In this document: positions 18,278 to 28,063 of the stretch, piece after piece
How positions within the stretch are numbered: the first letter of the stretch is position 1
How the letters are laid out: each line of letters begins with the position of its first letter
Assembly: GCA_964605885.1 (NCBI GenBank)
Contig: CAZSED010000011.1
Coordinates: 1,073-65,072 of the forward strand
Origin: an uncultured Dehalococcoidales bacterium
GTDB lineage: Bacteria > Chloroflexota > Dehalococcoidia > GIF9 > UBA5629
DNA: 64,000 nucleotides
Reading direction: 5' to 3'
The notes under the pieces: model-generated
Seen by the model: only the letters and a program-made list of their open reading frames with translations
Databases searched by the model: none
What the model was told of the DNA's origin: nothing
Program-made: the position numbers and the translations under genes

Positions 18278-19006
18278 ATGAATAAATATGCTGTATTTGC
18301 ATACAGCCTGCTTCTAGCGGCCGTATTACTGGCGGCGGCCTGCACCACTGCCGCCAAGCCTGAACCGCAGCTACCCTCCACGCAGCCCGCCGTAGAACCC
18401 GAGGTTGTGGCCCCGGACATCAAAGTTATATCCGGCGTGGCCGAGTGGGCGCCCTCCTCCAAGGGCCAGTTGCAATGCCTGGCCGAGAACTCGTATGGCG
18501 GCACTCTCACCTATATCTGGTCGGTGGATGGAGGCAGCATAGTCGGCGACGGCAAGCGTGCCACCTGGACAACGCCGGATACTGAAGGTGACTACACCGT
18601 TACTGTCAAGGTCACCAACGACAGGGGAGGGGAAGCCAGCCTGAGCAGGACCTTCAAGGTCACCGCCCATCCATTCGGCAGCCAGCCCGAGGACAATGCT
18701 GTCTACCTCAACATGACACTGCCCGGCGCTGAGACGGTGAAAGCATCAAAGCGTGTGATGGCTGCAACCATCACGGAGATTAAATGCGTAATAAAGGATG
18801 CCGAAAATTCAGTATTGACCTATACCTGGTCGCTCGAAGCGGGAAGGCTGATGGGGGTGAATATAGCCGAAGGCAAGGCCAGCCAGGCGGGCTGGCTGGC
18901 TCCGGGCACTCCCGGCACCTACGCTGTAACAGTGAAGGTGAGCGATACGACCGGCCTGCAGGCGACGGGCCAGGTTGATTTTGATGTCTATCTTCTCAAC
19001 CAGTAA
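18278..19006 (+). CDS. Secreted lipoprotein with two PKD/Ig-like repeats of about 85 residues.
   Basis: Signal and lipobox LLAAVLLAAACTT. The repeats are LTYIWSVDGGSIVGDGKRATWTTPDTEGDYTVTVKVTNDRGG and LTYTWSLEAGRLMGVNIAEGKASQAGWLAPGTPGTYAVTVKVSDTTG. GGAGG RBS before the ATG at 18278. Confidence 0.5.
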   Translation: MNKYAVFAYSLLLAAVLLAAACTTAAKPEPQLPSTQPAVEPEVVAPDIKVISGVAEWAPSSKGQLQCLAENSYGGTLTYIWSVDGGSIVGDGKRATWTTPDTEGDYTVTVKVTNDRGGEASLSRTFKVTAHPFGSQPEDNAVYLNMTLPGAETVKASKRVMAATITEIKCVIKDAENSVLTYTWSLEAGRLMGVNIAEGKASQAGWLAPGTPGTYAVTVKVSDTTGLQATGQVDFDVYLLNQ

Positions 19007-20147
19007 ATGTGCATTGTTTATAGCGCTGGCCACACTGCTGTGGGGCTTTTTCTCGTGCGGGGGCCCGGGCGCGGTTGGGCCAACCGACTCCATTCCGCCA
19101 GCAACCTCCAACACTGACAATAAGACGCCGTCCGTCGTGGAGCAGCCATCCAAGCCCGCGGTAAATACCGTGAGCACTTACTACGGCTTCTGGCCTTACT
19201 GGATTCACCCGGCCTCTTATGAGCCGGACTGGAGAGGCCTCACGCACCTGAGCTATTTCTCGCTGGAGGCTGTCCAGGGAGGGACGCTGGATGACCAGTA
19301 TATCGGGACTGAATACTACAAGATAAGGGACACGGCACATGCACACAACGTCAAAGTGACCCTGACCATCACCTGCTTCGACCGGGATATACAGGACGAG
19401 ATACTGGCCTACCACCAGCGCGAGCTGATCGATAACATACTTAAAAGCGTGCAGGAACACGGGGCGGACGGGGTGAATGTAGACATCGAGGACGTAAGGG
19501 AGATCAACTCCTTCACTCATTTTTCCAACACCAGCCTGATGCAGAACTTCATGGCCAGCCTGTATGCGGCGCTGAAAAAGGCCAACCCCGGCTACCATAT
19601 CTCTTTCTGCGTCATGGGCGGAGTTGAGCCGCCCTACCGTAATCCCGAGCTGTCAAAATATACCGATGCGGTCTTCCTCATGGGATACGATTATCACTGG
19701 TCGACCTCGCCCGTTACCGGCGCGGTGTCACCTTACGGCAACCCGGACGATTTGAGCGTGGACGAGTCATTAAGCACGCTGGAAAAATGGTATCCCAAGA
19801 GCCAGCTTATTTTAGGCCTGCCGTTTTACGGCTATGACTGGCCGTGCTCTTCCTCCGAGCCCGGCGCAAAGACGCTGGGTGAGGGCGCCATAGTCTATAT
19901 GCAGGATGCCCTGATCAGGGCGTCCGAATACGGCAGGCAGTTTGACGCTAAAACAAAATCGCCGTGGTATCGCTATCAGCTGAAAGGCAGCTGGCACCAG
20001 TGCTGGTACGATGATCCCGAATCGCTCGCCCTCAAATTTAACTATGTAAAATCTTCCGGCATTGCAGGCGTGGGCTACTGGGCGCTGGGCTACGAGGGAA
20101 ACGGCTCGCCCGTGTGGGAAAGCGTAATTAAAACCTTCAAGCGTTAA
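18984..20147 (+). CDS. Glycoside hydrolase family 18 (chitinase-like) lipoprotein.
   Basis: GH18 catalytic motif DGVNVDIE (DxxDxDxE). Signal and lipobox ALATLLWGFFSCGG. The start overlaps the end of the upstream gene by about 23 nt. An alternative TTG start is at 18975. Confidence 0.7.
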   Translation: MSIFSTSKCALFIALATLLWGFFSCGGPGAVGPTDSIPPATSNTDNKTPSVVEQPSKPAVNTVSTYYGFWPYWIHPASYEPDWRGLTHLSYFSLEAVQGGTLDDQYIGTEYYKIRDTAHAHNVKVTLTITCFDRDIQDEILAYHQRELIDNILKSVQEHGADGVNVDIEDVREINSFTHFSNTSLMQNFMASLYAALKKANPGYHISFCVMGGVEPPYRNPELSKYTDAVFLMGYDYHWSTSPVTGAVSPYGNPDDLSVDESLSTLEKWYPKSQLILGLPFYGYDWPCSSSEPGAKTLGEGAIVYMQDALIRASEYGRQFDAKTKSPWYRYQLKGSWHQCWYDDPESLALKFNYVKSSGIAGVGYWALGYEGNGSPVWESVIKTFKR

Positions 20148-20187
20148 TGTCTATAATATATTAAGGCCAGTAGAGGCCGGGCAGGAG

Positions 20188-20943
20188 GTGGCCAACATGG
20201 ATCTTCGCTTAAAAGACAGGTTCATGACCCAGTGGACCAAATATTTTAACCAAGCCGAGCTGCCGCTGACATTCTATTACACGGACCAGGAGGGGCGCGC
20301 CCCCGTTGTCAAAGCCGGCCAGGCCAACAGATGTGTCATCGCCGAGCTGCTAAAAGCCAGAAGGGGAAAGCCGTTGGCCTTCGGGGCAAATTCAATCGGC
20401 TGCCTGGGCGGTAAAATGTACCTGGGATTCAGACAGACAACCAGGCCGGACCTGAATTATTTCCTCTCCTGCGGAATACCGGGCAAGCTGAGGGGAGAGC
20501 GCTATAAGAAAACGCCCCAGCTGGCCTCCAGGGCCATGAAATACACGCCTCCGTTCAAAGCCCCCGGTCGTTTTGCAGTTTTCAAAAGATGGGACATGCT
20601 GGAGAATGCAGATACTCCACAGGTCGTGGTCTTCTTCGCCGAGCCGGACGTGCTGGCAGGCCTTTTCACACTGGCCAGCTTTGATGAGGCTGAGCCGAAC
20701 GGTGTCATAACTCCCTTCGGCTCCGGGTGCTCGACCATCGTACGCTATCCTTATCTCGAGCTGGATGCCGCCAGGCCGCGGGCGGTCATAGGCATGTTCG
20801 ATATATCGGCCCGGCCTTTTGTCTCCAAATATACCATCAGCTTCGCCGTGCCCATGAAGAAATTCGTTAAAATGGTCGGCGATATGGAGGAAAGCTTCCT
20901 GGTCACCGATTCATGGAAGAAAATCCAGAAGCGCATCGCCTGA
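20188..20943 (+). CDS. Hypothetical protein, possibly DUF169 family.
   Basis: A 251 aa soluble protein with GGAGGTGG RBS. The DUF169 assignment is from memory of family size and composition and is not verified. Confidence 0.35.
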   Translation: MANMDLRLKDRFMTQWTKYFNQAELPLTFYYTDQEGRAPVVKAGQANRCVIAELLKARRGKPLAFGANSIGCLGGKMYLGFRQTTRPDLNYFLSCGIPGKLRGERYKKTPQLASRAMKYTPPFKAPGRFAVFKRWDMLENADTPQVVVFFAEPDVLAGLFTLASFDEAEPNGVITPFGSGCSTIVRYPYLELDAARPRAVIGMFDISARPFVSKYTISFAVPMKKFVKMVGDMEESFLVTDSWKKIQKRIA

Positions 20944-21024
20944 AGGCAGGCCGTCTCACAGGTCTTCCATCATTGTGGTAAACGTGTCGTGATGGTCCTC
21001 TTCCCATTCGAGGACCTCGCCCTT

Positions 21025-21234
21025 CTAGGGATATACCTGGTTGCCGTCGTCATCCTCGACGATTATGGCGTCCACAGGGCAGCTTTTCGCAGCCTCCATC
21101 AGCACGTCGTCGCTTACAGAAGTGGAATCAAGCACCACCGCCTTGTTCTGCTTGTCCAGTTTGAAGACCGTTGGGGCGACCACCTCGCAGTTGCCCACCC
21201 CGGTGCAGATATCCCTGTCCACCCTTACCTTCAA
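21025..21234 (-). CDS. Small single-cluster ferredoxin ([3Fe-4S]/[4Fe-4S], CxxGxC...CP type).
   Basis: Cys ligands in CTGVGNCE and CP (SCPVDAII). A TTG start at 21234 with GGAGG 6 nt upstream gives the 69 aa protein MKVRVDRDICTG. The ORF-track start at 21294 adds 20 non-conserved residues. Confidence 0.6.
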   Translation of the reverse strand: MKVRVDRDICTGVGNCEVVAPTVFKLDKQNKAVVLDSTSVSDDVLMEAAKSCPVDAIIVEDDDGNQVYP

Positions 21235-21322
21235 TTCCTGCCTCCATTTATATGGTAGTGATTTAATTCTATAAACTAACAGGGCAGCGTGCAATTCAAA
21301 GGCTGGCCAGAGGGTATTGACC

Positions 21323-22291
21323 TCAGACTATCGCTTTTATCACGGCAGCCAGGCGCTCGGGGTGGTCGGAACCGATGAGATAGGTCTTAGCTGCACGTTT
21401 GGTCAGCTTGACACCGCGGTCGCCCTGCAGAAAATAGGCCGTCATCTCACGGTTAATGCGAATGCCGTATCCGCCGAAATCGCGGAGCGGCGAGAAATTA
21501 TGCACCTCGATCGAGGTAATATCAGAGGTATCGATCCTGAGCAATCTTATTCCCAGGACCCCCATCTTTAGTGTGATTGCATCCCTTGTCACCAGAGTGC
21601 GAAAACCGCCGTAGATCAAAAAGAAACCCGCTCCGATTAACGCCAGCAGTATAGAAAGCCAGGGAAGCTGCTGCCAGGTAAAGACCGCCGCAATGAACAT
21701 CACCACCGGCAGCAATGCGGCCAGGATATTGATGTAAGCAGGGTTCTGCATCTCCCTGTAGGAAAAGTGGCCCCCGGACCTTACCAGTTCCCTTACCTCT
21801 TCCTCTAAATTGCCTGCGGCTTCAGCCTGGTAGACCTTTTCATAGTGCCGGTAAGGCCTCAGCAGCTCCAGCACCACAGCCAGCCCCACGGCTGCCAGAC
21901 ATGCCACGGTTACCTCCCGCCAGGGAAACAGGAAAACGCTGCTCGACGAGGCCAGCATGGCAGTGTAGGCGATTTGTACTCCGCAGAGGTCGCCTATAGC
22001 GAACTCGTCGAAAAGCGACAGCCAGTTGAAGGTCTTGGCCTTCTCCTGCCTGGCCCAGAGCTCGTCCAGCCAGACCGAGAGCGCCAGCAGCCCTATCGAC
22101 AACGCCAGCAGCAGTATGGAGCTGGCCAGCGGAGATCCATAACCGTTGGGCTGCCCGTTAAAATCAAAATGAGTGGGAGCATTCTCAGGCAGCGGCCAGA
22201 TCTTCAGCGTGAATCCGACAGCTACCAGTATCAGCAGAATCGCCGGAAGGTGCGTCCACAGCGGGTGTATCAGCTTGTTTTTCAATTTCAT
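21323..22291 (-). CDS. Polytopic membrane protein with a C-terminal bacterial PH-like domain.
   Basis: About 8 predicted TM segments. The C-terminal soluble region GVLGIRLLRIDTSDITSIEVHNFSPLRDFGGYGIRI resembles YdbT-type bPH domains. Confidence 0.45.
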   Translation of the reverse strand: MKLKNKLIHPLWTHLPAILLILVAVGFTLKIWPLPENAPTHFDFNGQPNGYGSPLASSILLLALSIGLLALSVWLDELWARQEKAKTFNWLSLFDEFAIGDLCGVQIAYTAMLASSSSVFLFPWREVTVACLAAVGLAVVLELLRPYRHYEKVYQAEAAGNLEEEVRELVRSGGHFSYREMQNPAYINILAALLPVVMFIAAVFTWQQLPWLSILLALIGAGFFLIYGGFRTLVTRDAITLKMGVLGIRLLRIDTSDITSIEVHNFSPLRDFGGYGIRINREMTAYFLQGDRGVKLTKRAAKTYLIGSDHPERLAAVIKAIV

Positions 22292-22307
22292 GTCCTCTGC
22301 ACATCGG

Positions 22308-23144
22308 TCAGGCCGGCGGTGGCGAACTTATCTCACGCGCCACGCCCAGGCCAAGCGGCTTTCCTCCCAGCCTCACCAGCCTGGCCCTGATTTCTATAGG
22401 CACCCTGCTATCATCCTTGCACAGGCAGATGCTGTTGTAGCGGACTTCTTTTTTCTCGCTGAACTGCTTGACGCGAATATCGAACTTCTTGCGCATCTCC
22501 GGCGTCGTGACATCCAGCATGTTCATCTTCAACAGCTCATCCCTGGCATACCCCGTCAACTGACACATCGCCGCATTCACATAAACTATGCGGCCCGTCT
22601 CATCCTGCAGGAACACCGAATCATTGATGGAATCAAGTATCAGCTGGCGCACTGATATCTCGTCCTGGATCTTCTTGCTCTCGGTAATATCATAGAAATA
22701 TATCAGCAGTGCAGGCTTGGACATGAAGTTGACCTTGTAGCTGAAAGCGTTTACGTATTTCAATGTCCGGTCTTTGCGCAGTATCGGCCACTCTTCCGGC
22801 ATCTCGATGGTCCCGCCGGCCATGAACATCTGCAGCCTGGCCTCGTACTTATCCCGATAGGAGGGCGGCGCCAGGTTTCTGGGCGAAATCTCCATCAGCT
22901 CGCCTTCGCTATAGCCTGTGATGTTGCTGCAAGCCTGATTGGCCCAGATTATCTTGTTTTCCTGAATGAGCGCCACACCTTCGTTAATCCCCCGGGAGAA
23001 GGTAGACATCATGATCTGGACTTCGAGCATTATCTCATCCAGCGTCTTGAGCTTTTCAAAGGCCTCTCCCATGACCTGCAGGCTTTCATGCAGGCCGGTT
23101 ATCTGCCTGAGTAGTGGGCCGGGATAATATTTTCGCTCTTCCAT
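22308..23144 (-). CDS. Tandem PAS-domain sensor protein with no recognisable output domain.
   Basis: Two PAS-like cores: IIWANQACSNITGYSEGELMEISPRNL and IVYVNAAMCQLTGYARDELLKMNMLDV. Confidence 0.7.
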   Translation of the reverse strand: MEERKYYPGPLLRQITGLHESLQVMGEAFEKLKTLDEIMLEVQIMMSTFSRGINEGVALIQENKIIWANQACSNITGYSEGELMEISPRNLAPPSYRDKYEARLQMFMAGGTIEMPEEWPILRKDRTLKYVNAFSYKVNFMSKPALLIYFYDITESKKIQDEISVRQLILDSINDSVFLQDETGRIVYVNAAMCQLTGYARDELLKMNMLDVTTPEMRKKFDIRVKQFSEKKEVRYNSICLCKDDSRVPIEIRARLVRLGGKPLGLGVAREISSPPPA

Positions 23145-23256
23145 TTTAGATCGCCGTAAATACGTCCTGTTTAAATTTTAATATGTTATCATATCAACAC
23201 GTCAAGGTGTTATCAATTTATCAGCCGCAGCCGCCATGCCGCGGATACAGGCACAT

Positions 23257-23285
23257 TTGACAAAGCTACAACCGCTATTTAAACT
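23257..23285 (+). promoter_or_regulatory. Sigma70-like promoter TTGACA-N17-TAAACT for the epimerase gene.
   Basis: TTGACA at 23257-23262 and TAAACT at 23280-23285, about 34 nt upstream of the ATG at 23319. Confidence 0.35.
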
Positions 23286-23318
23286 GTCGTTCAGCCCTTT
23301 GGCAAAAATATTATTAAG

Positions 23319-24302
23319 ATGAAGACTGTTGTTACCGGCCCGTCGGGCCATGTGGGCGTCAATCTTATCCGCGCCCTGCTTTCCAGGAAAAGAGATGTGC
23401 GCGCGGTGTGCCACGTCAGCGGCCAGGGTCTTGAAGGACTGGATATCGAGTTGGTCCCGGGAGATGTGGCCGATATCGACTCGCTGTTAGAAGCCTTCCG
23501 CGGCGCAGACGTGGTCTATCACCTGGCGGCACATATCTCACTGCTGATGAACGACTGGCCGCGCTGCTTGGCTATTAATGTCAATGGCACTGCCAACGTC
23601 ATAGAGGCTTGCCGCCGCAGCGGCATCAGGCGGATGATCCACTTCAGCTCTATTCACGCGCTCAGCCAGGAGCCATTCGACCGGCCCGTAGACGAGTCCA
23701 GCAAATTCGTAGATTCACCTTCCGCTCCACCTTACGACCGCTCCAAGGCCGCCGGGCAGAAGCTGGTGCTGCAGGCTATACAGGACGGTCTGAACGCCGT
23801 TATCATCAATCCCACCGGTATCATAGGCCCGTATGATTACCGTCCATCCCATTTCGGGCAGGCGCTGGTCCTGATGGCCAGGGGCAGGCTGCCGATGCTG
23901 ATCGACGGCGGCTTCGACTGGGTGGATGTCAGGGACGTGGTCGAACATGCCATTAAAGCTGAAGAGACGGCGCCGGCGGGCTCAAGCTACCTGCTGTCCG
24001 GCCAGTGGCTATCCGTTAAAGGAGTTGCCGAAACGGTGGCCGGGTTGACAGGAAAATCGGCGCCCCGGGCGGTGTGCCCCATGCCGGTGGCCCGCTTCTT
24101 CGCCCCCGCCGTCACCGCCTGCTACCGTGCTGTTCGTGTCAGGCCCATCATTACCACGGCGTCACTCAACGCCCTGGTAAGCAATCGCAATATAAGGCAT
24201 GATAAGGCCACCAGGGAGCTCGGCTACCATCCGAGGCCCATCAGTCAGACGCTGGCAGATACGGTCAAATGGTTCCGGGACAACGGATATTTAGGTTGTT
24301 GA
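23319..24302 (+). CDS. NAD-dependent epimerase/dehydratase family protein.
   Basis: MKTVVTGPSGHVGVNLIRALL Rossmann N-terminus. Length 327 aa. Confidence 0.8.
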   Translation: MKTVVTGPSGHVGVNLIRALLSRKRDVRAVCHVSGQGLEGLDIELVPGDVADIDSLLEAFRGADVVYHLAAHISLLMNDWPRCLAINVNGTANVIEACRRSGIRRMIHFSSIHALSQEPFDRPVDESSKFVDSPSAPPYDRSKAAGQKLVLQAIQDGLNAVIINPTGIIGPYDYRPSHFGQALVLMARGRLPMLIDGGFDWVDVRDVVEHAIKAEETAPAGSSYLLSGQWLSVKGVAETVAGLTGKSAPRAVCPMPVARFFAPAVTACYRAVRVRPIITTASLNALVSNRNIRHDKATRELGYHPRPISQTLADTVKWFRDNGYLGC

Positions 24303-24309
24303 TAAGAAG

Positions 24310-25071
24310 ATGACTTCAGACCCGATCTTTAATGCCGTACTCATATTCTGGTTGGTGCTCTCGGCCGTTATTTTCGTATCCCTGCTCTTTATAGTGGCGC
24401 CCTACGGGCGTCACGTCAGGCGCGGCTGGGGTATAGCACTCAATGCCAGGCCGGCCTGGGTCATAATGGAGGCCTGGTCTCCCCTCATCTTTGCCGCCTG
24501 TTTCGTGCTGGGCAAAGCGCCCGTGACCGCCGCGTCGATAGCTTTCCTCTTGCTCTGGGAGGCTCACTATATACACCGCGCCTTCATTTATCCCTTCAGC
24601 CTGCACAATTCCGATGAAAAGATGCCTGTTTCAGTGGTGGCGCTGGGTATATTTTTCAACCTGGTCAACGCCTCGCTCAACGGCTACTGGGTCTTCACGC
24701 TTTCCGGCGGGTATCCCAATTCATGGCTGGCCGACCCGCGCTTCATCATCGGCGCAGCGCTGTTCATCTGCGGCTTTGTCATCAATCGCCAGTCGGACTA
24801 CATACTCAGCAAGCTGCTGGGCCCGGGAGAGACCGAGTATAAAATACCCTATGGCGGGCTCTACCGCTGGGTATCCTGCCCGAACTACCTGGGAGAGATA
24901 ATGATATGGGTGGGATGGGCTGTGGCCACCTGGTCGCTGGCCGGGCTGAGTTTCGCCCTGTGGACTATCGCCAACCTGGCCCCGCGCGCCAGGTCGCACC
25001 ACGCCTGGTACCATGAAAATTTCCCCGACTACCCACCCGGGCGCAAGGCGCTGGTGCCCGCCGTCTGGTAG
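24310..25071 (+). CDS. Membrane protein of the 3-oxo-5-alpha-steroid 4-dehydrogenase (steroid 5-alpha-reductase / DUF1295) family.
   Basis: The C-terminal signature GGLYRWVSCPNYLGEIMIWVGWAVA matches the GGLFEYVSxxNYFGEIxEWxGyA motif of SRD5A-family reductases. The protein is multi-TM. Confidence 0.7.
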   Translation: MTSDPIFNAVLIFWLVLSAVIFVSLLFIVAPYGRHVRRGWGIALNARPAWVIMEAWSPLIFAACFVLGKAPVTAASIAFLLLWEAHYIHRAFIYPFSLHNSDEKMPVSVVALGIFFNLVNASLNGYWVFTLSGGYPNSWLADPRFIIGAALFICGFVINRQSDYILSKLLGPGETEYKIPYGGLYRWVSCPNYLGEIMIWVGWAVATWSLAGLSFALWTIANLAPRARSHHAWYHENFPDYPPGRKALVPAVW

Positions 25072-25081
25072 GGCTAGATTC

Positions 25082-26185
25082 CTATTCTATAACCTGTGCG
25101 AAGGCCTGGTTTGCAATTAGCACCGCGTCGGATGCCAGCCTGTAGCTGTTATCCTGCCTGACCAGCAGTTTCCTTACGGCCAGTTCCTCCAGCCTTGTTT
25201 CCAGCCCGCAGACATTATCCATTCCGTATTTTCTTTCAAGGAGCCGGAGGTCCAACCCCTCCTCCAGCAGCCTGAGGCGCAGCATGGCCTCTTCCGCCGG
25301 CCTGGCCGTGGCACTAACGCTATCCTCTTCAAGCCGGCATGACAGCGGATTGTCCAGATATTCCTGTAAAGTAGCTATGTTTTTAACCCGCCTGCCGTCC
25401 AAATAGGAGGCGGAGAAAGGTCCCAGCCCCAGGTATTCCCCACCCTTCCAGTAATTCAGATTATGTAAACTTTCTTTCCCCGGCAGCGCAAAATTCGATA
25501 TCTCGTAGTGGATAAAGCCGTGCCCCTTCAGCAAGCCGCAGGCCTTCGTATACAGGTCAGCCTGGCGGTCGTCGTCCGGTAGGTCGCGCGGAGGACGGCA
25601 GGCAAACGGCGTGCCTTCCTCAACGGAGAGGCAATAGGCGGAGAGGTGCGATACGCCTGATTCGGCCAGCCGGTTGATGGTATCCTCCAGGCTGACTTCA
25701 GTCTGGCCGGGCAGGCCAATTATTACATCGGTTGACACATTGGAAAATCCGCTCTTAATTGCAGTTTTAACCGCCTCTAAGGCCTGTGCGGAGGTATGTA
25801 TCCTTCCCGCTTTCGCCAGCTCGCCATCGTTGAGCGACTGCGCACCCAGCGAAAGCCGGTTGAATCCGCATTTCAGCGCCGCCTGCATGAAGGCGGGACA
25901 GGCCGACTCCGGATTGGCCTCGATGGTGGCCTCCCTGAGCCCGCTCAGGTCGAAATGCTGATGAAGTCCCTCGGCCAATTTCTCCAGGCCGGCAACATCC
26001 AGCAGGCTGGGCGTGCCACCGCCGATATACAGCGTGTCGAAGGCCATACCGCTGTGAATCTGCACTTCTTTCAGCAGGGCATCTACGTAGCTTCCCAGCA
26101 ACTCCGTATTTCCGGCGAGCGAATAAAAATCGCAATAATAGCACTTGCTCCGGCAGAATGGTATATGTATGTAAAGCCCCGTCAT
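25082..26185 (-). CDS. hemW: Radical SAM HemW/HemN-like protein (heme chaperone or coproporphyrinogen-III oxidase-like).
   Basis: N-terminal YIHIPFCRSKCYYCDF CxxxCxxC radical-SAM motif. It sits immediately downstream of lepA, which is conserved synteny. Confidence 0.85.
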   Translation of the reverse strand: MTGLYIHIPFCRSKCYYCDFYSLAGNTELLGSYVDALLKEVQIHSGMAFDTLYIGGGTPSLLDVAGLEKLAEGLHQHFDLSGLREATIEANPESACPAFMQAALKCGFNRLSLGAQSLNDGELAKAGRIHTSAQALEAVKTAIKSGFSNVSTDVIIGLPGQTEVSLEDTINRLAESGVSHLSAYCLSVEEGTPFACRPPRDLPDDDRQADLYTKACGLLKGHGFIHYEISNFALPGKESLHNLNYWKGGEYLGLGPFSASYLDGRRVKNIATLQEYLDNPLSCRLEEDSVSATARPAEEAMLRLRLLEEGLDLRLLERKYGMDNVCGLETRLEELAVRKLLVRQDNSYRLASDAVLIANQAFAQVIE

Positions 26186-26188
26186 GTG

Positions 26189-27979
26189 CTATTCCTCTAT
26201 TTTCATCAACGACAGGAAGGCTTCCTGCGGCACCTCGACGAAGCCGACCATCTTCATCTTTTTCTTGCCCTCTTTCTGCTTCTCCAGCAGCTTGCGCTTG
26301 CGCGTGATGTCGCCGCCGTAGCACTTGGCCAGCACGTCCTTGCGCATGGGGTATATGTCCGCCCTGGCTATTATCTGCGAGCCGATGGCCGCCTGCAGCG
26401 GTATCTTGAACTGGTGCCTGGCGATGACCTTGCTCAGCCTGTAGATCAAGGCCTTGCCCTTGACGGCGGCGCGGTCCCTGGGGGCAATATAGGACAGTGC
26501 GTCCACCTGGCCGTTGTTCACCAGTATGTCCACCTTGACCAGGTCGGCCGCCCTGTAGCCGCTCATCTCATAGTCCATGCTGGCGTAGCCGCGGCTGACG
26601 CTCTTCAGCCTGTCGTAAAAGTCGGTTATCATCTCGGCCAGCGGCAGGTCGTAGCTCAGTATGGCGCGCCGGTCGTCCGGGTGCTCCATGGAGGCCAGCG
26701 TCCCCCTCTTGGCCTCGGCCAGCTCCATGCATGGGCCGACGAAGCCCGCCGGCACGATTATCCGGGCCCTTATCATAGGCTCCTCGATATGGTCGATCTG
26801 CCCCTCAGGCGGAAACTTGGATGGATTGTCCAGCATGAGCACGTCGCCGTTTTTGCTGACCACTTTATAGACCACCGAGGGCATGGTAGCAATTATCTCC
26901 TGCTCGTACTCGCGTTTCAGCCTCTCCAGAGCTATCTCCATGTGCAGCAGGCCCAGAAAGCCCATGCGGTAGCCCCAGCCCAGCGCCGCCGAGCTCTCCT
27001 TTTCAAAGGTCACCGACGAGTCGTTCAGCTTGAACTTCTCCAGCGCCGTGCCCAGCTTGGCATAGTCACTGGTGATGATGGGGTACACGCCGCAATAGAC
27101 CATGGGCTGGGAAAGCCTGAAGCCCGGGATGGCCTCCACCTCTGGATGGTCGGCGGCAACGACGGTATCGCCCACGCGTATTTCGCCGGCATCGCGTATC
27201 AGCGCCACGGCGTAGCCCACTTCGCCGGCCTTCAGGCTGCCGGACTGGGCCAACCCCAGGCTGAAGTAACCAACTTCCTCCACGTCAAAGTCTTTCTGCG
27301 TGGACTTGAGCATGATCCTGTCGCCCGGCTTTATCTCTCCGGTGAACACCCTCAGGTGCGGAATGACGCCGCGGTATGAGTCATAAAACGAATCAAAGAT
27401 CAGGCACCGCAGCAACCCCGATGCTTCGCCGACCGGCGGCGGTATCCTGTCTACGATTGCTTCCAGCAGCCCGGGGACTCCTGTGCCGTCCTTGGCCGAA
27501 ACGTGCAGCATGTCCTCGATGGGCAAGCCCAGCATGGAATAAAGCTGCAGGCTGCAGTCGTCTATCATAGCGCCCGGCAGGTCGATCTTGTTTATCACCG
27601 GGATTATCTTCAGGCCGGCGTCCAGCGCCAGATTGGCGTTGGCAATGGTCTGCGCCTCCACCCCCTGCGTAGCATCCACCAGCAGCACAGCGCCCTCGCA
27701 GGCATTCAGGCTGCGCGATACCTCGTAGTTGAAGTCCACATGGCCCGGCGTATCTATCAGGTTGAGCACATATTCCGCGCCGCCGGGGGAACGGTAGGGA
27801 ATGCGCACGGACTTGGCCTTGATGGTTATGCCCCTCTCGCGCTCCAGGTCCATGCTGTCCAGCATCTGCTCCATGCTGGCCTTCCGGATCAGTCCCGTGA
27901 TCTCCAGTATGCGGTCAGCCAGCGTGGACTTGCCGTGGTCGATGTGGGCGATGATGCAAAAATTGCGGATATTATTCAT
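26189..27979 (-). CDS. lepA: Elongation factor 4 (LepA).
   Basis: MNNIRNFCIIAHIDHGKSTLADR and DTPGHVDF. Length 596 aa. Confidence 0.95.
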   Translation of the reverse strand: MNNIRNFCIIAHIDHGKSTLADRILEITGLIRKASMEQMLDSMDLERERGITIKAKSVRIPYRSPGGAEYVLNLIDTPGHVDFNYEVSRSLNACEGAVLLVDATQGVEAQTIANANLALDAGLKIIPVINKIDLPGAMIDDCSLQLYSMLGLPIEDMLHVSAKDGTGVPGLLEAIVDRIPPPVGEASGLLRCLIFDSFYDSYRGVIPHLRVFTGEIKPGDRIMLKSTQKDFDVEEVGYFSLGLAQSGSLKAGEVGYAVALIRDAGEIRVGDTVVAADHPEVEAIPGFRLSQPMVYCGVYPIITSDYAKLGTALEKFKLNDSSVTFEKESSAALGWGYRMGFLGLLHMEIALERLKREYEQEIIATMPSVVYKVVSKNGDVLMLDNPSKFPPEGQIDHIEEPMIRARIIVPAGFVGPCMELAEAKRGTLASMEHPDDRRAILSYDLPLAEMITDFYDRLKSVSRGYASMDYEMSGYRAADLVKVDILVNNGQVDALSYIAPRDRAAVKGKALIYRLSKVIARHQFKIPLQAAIGSQIIARADIYPMRKDVLAKCYGGDITRKRKLLEKQKEGKKKMKMVGFVEVPQEAFLSLMKIEE

Positions 27980-28063
27980 GGAAAACCCGGTACATAATAA
28001 CAGCAGGATAACTGCTTGTAAGCCCGGCAGCTACCCTGCTGTAAACCTTACCTGAATATTATA

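Noticed and set aside
25796-27379. 527 aa plus-strand ORF.
   Set aside because: It is antisense across hemW and lepA, which are both unambiguous. Its translation has no motifs and is Arg/Leu/Gly-rich.
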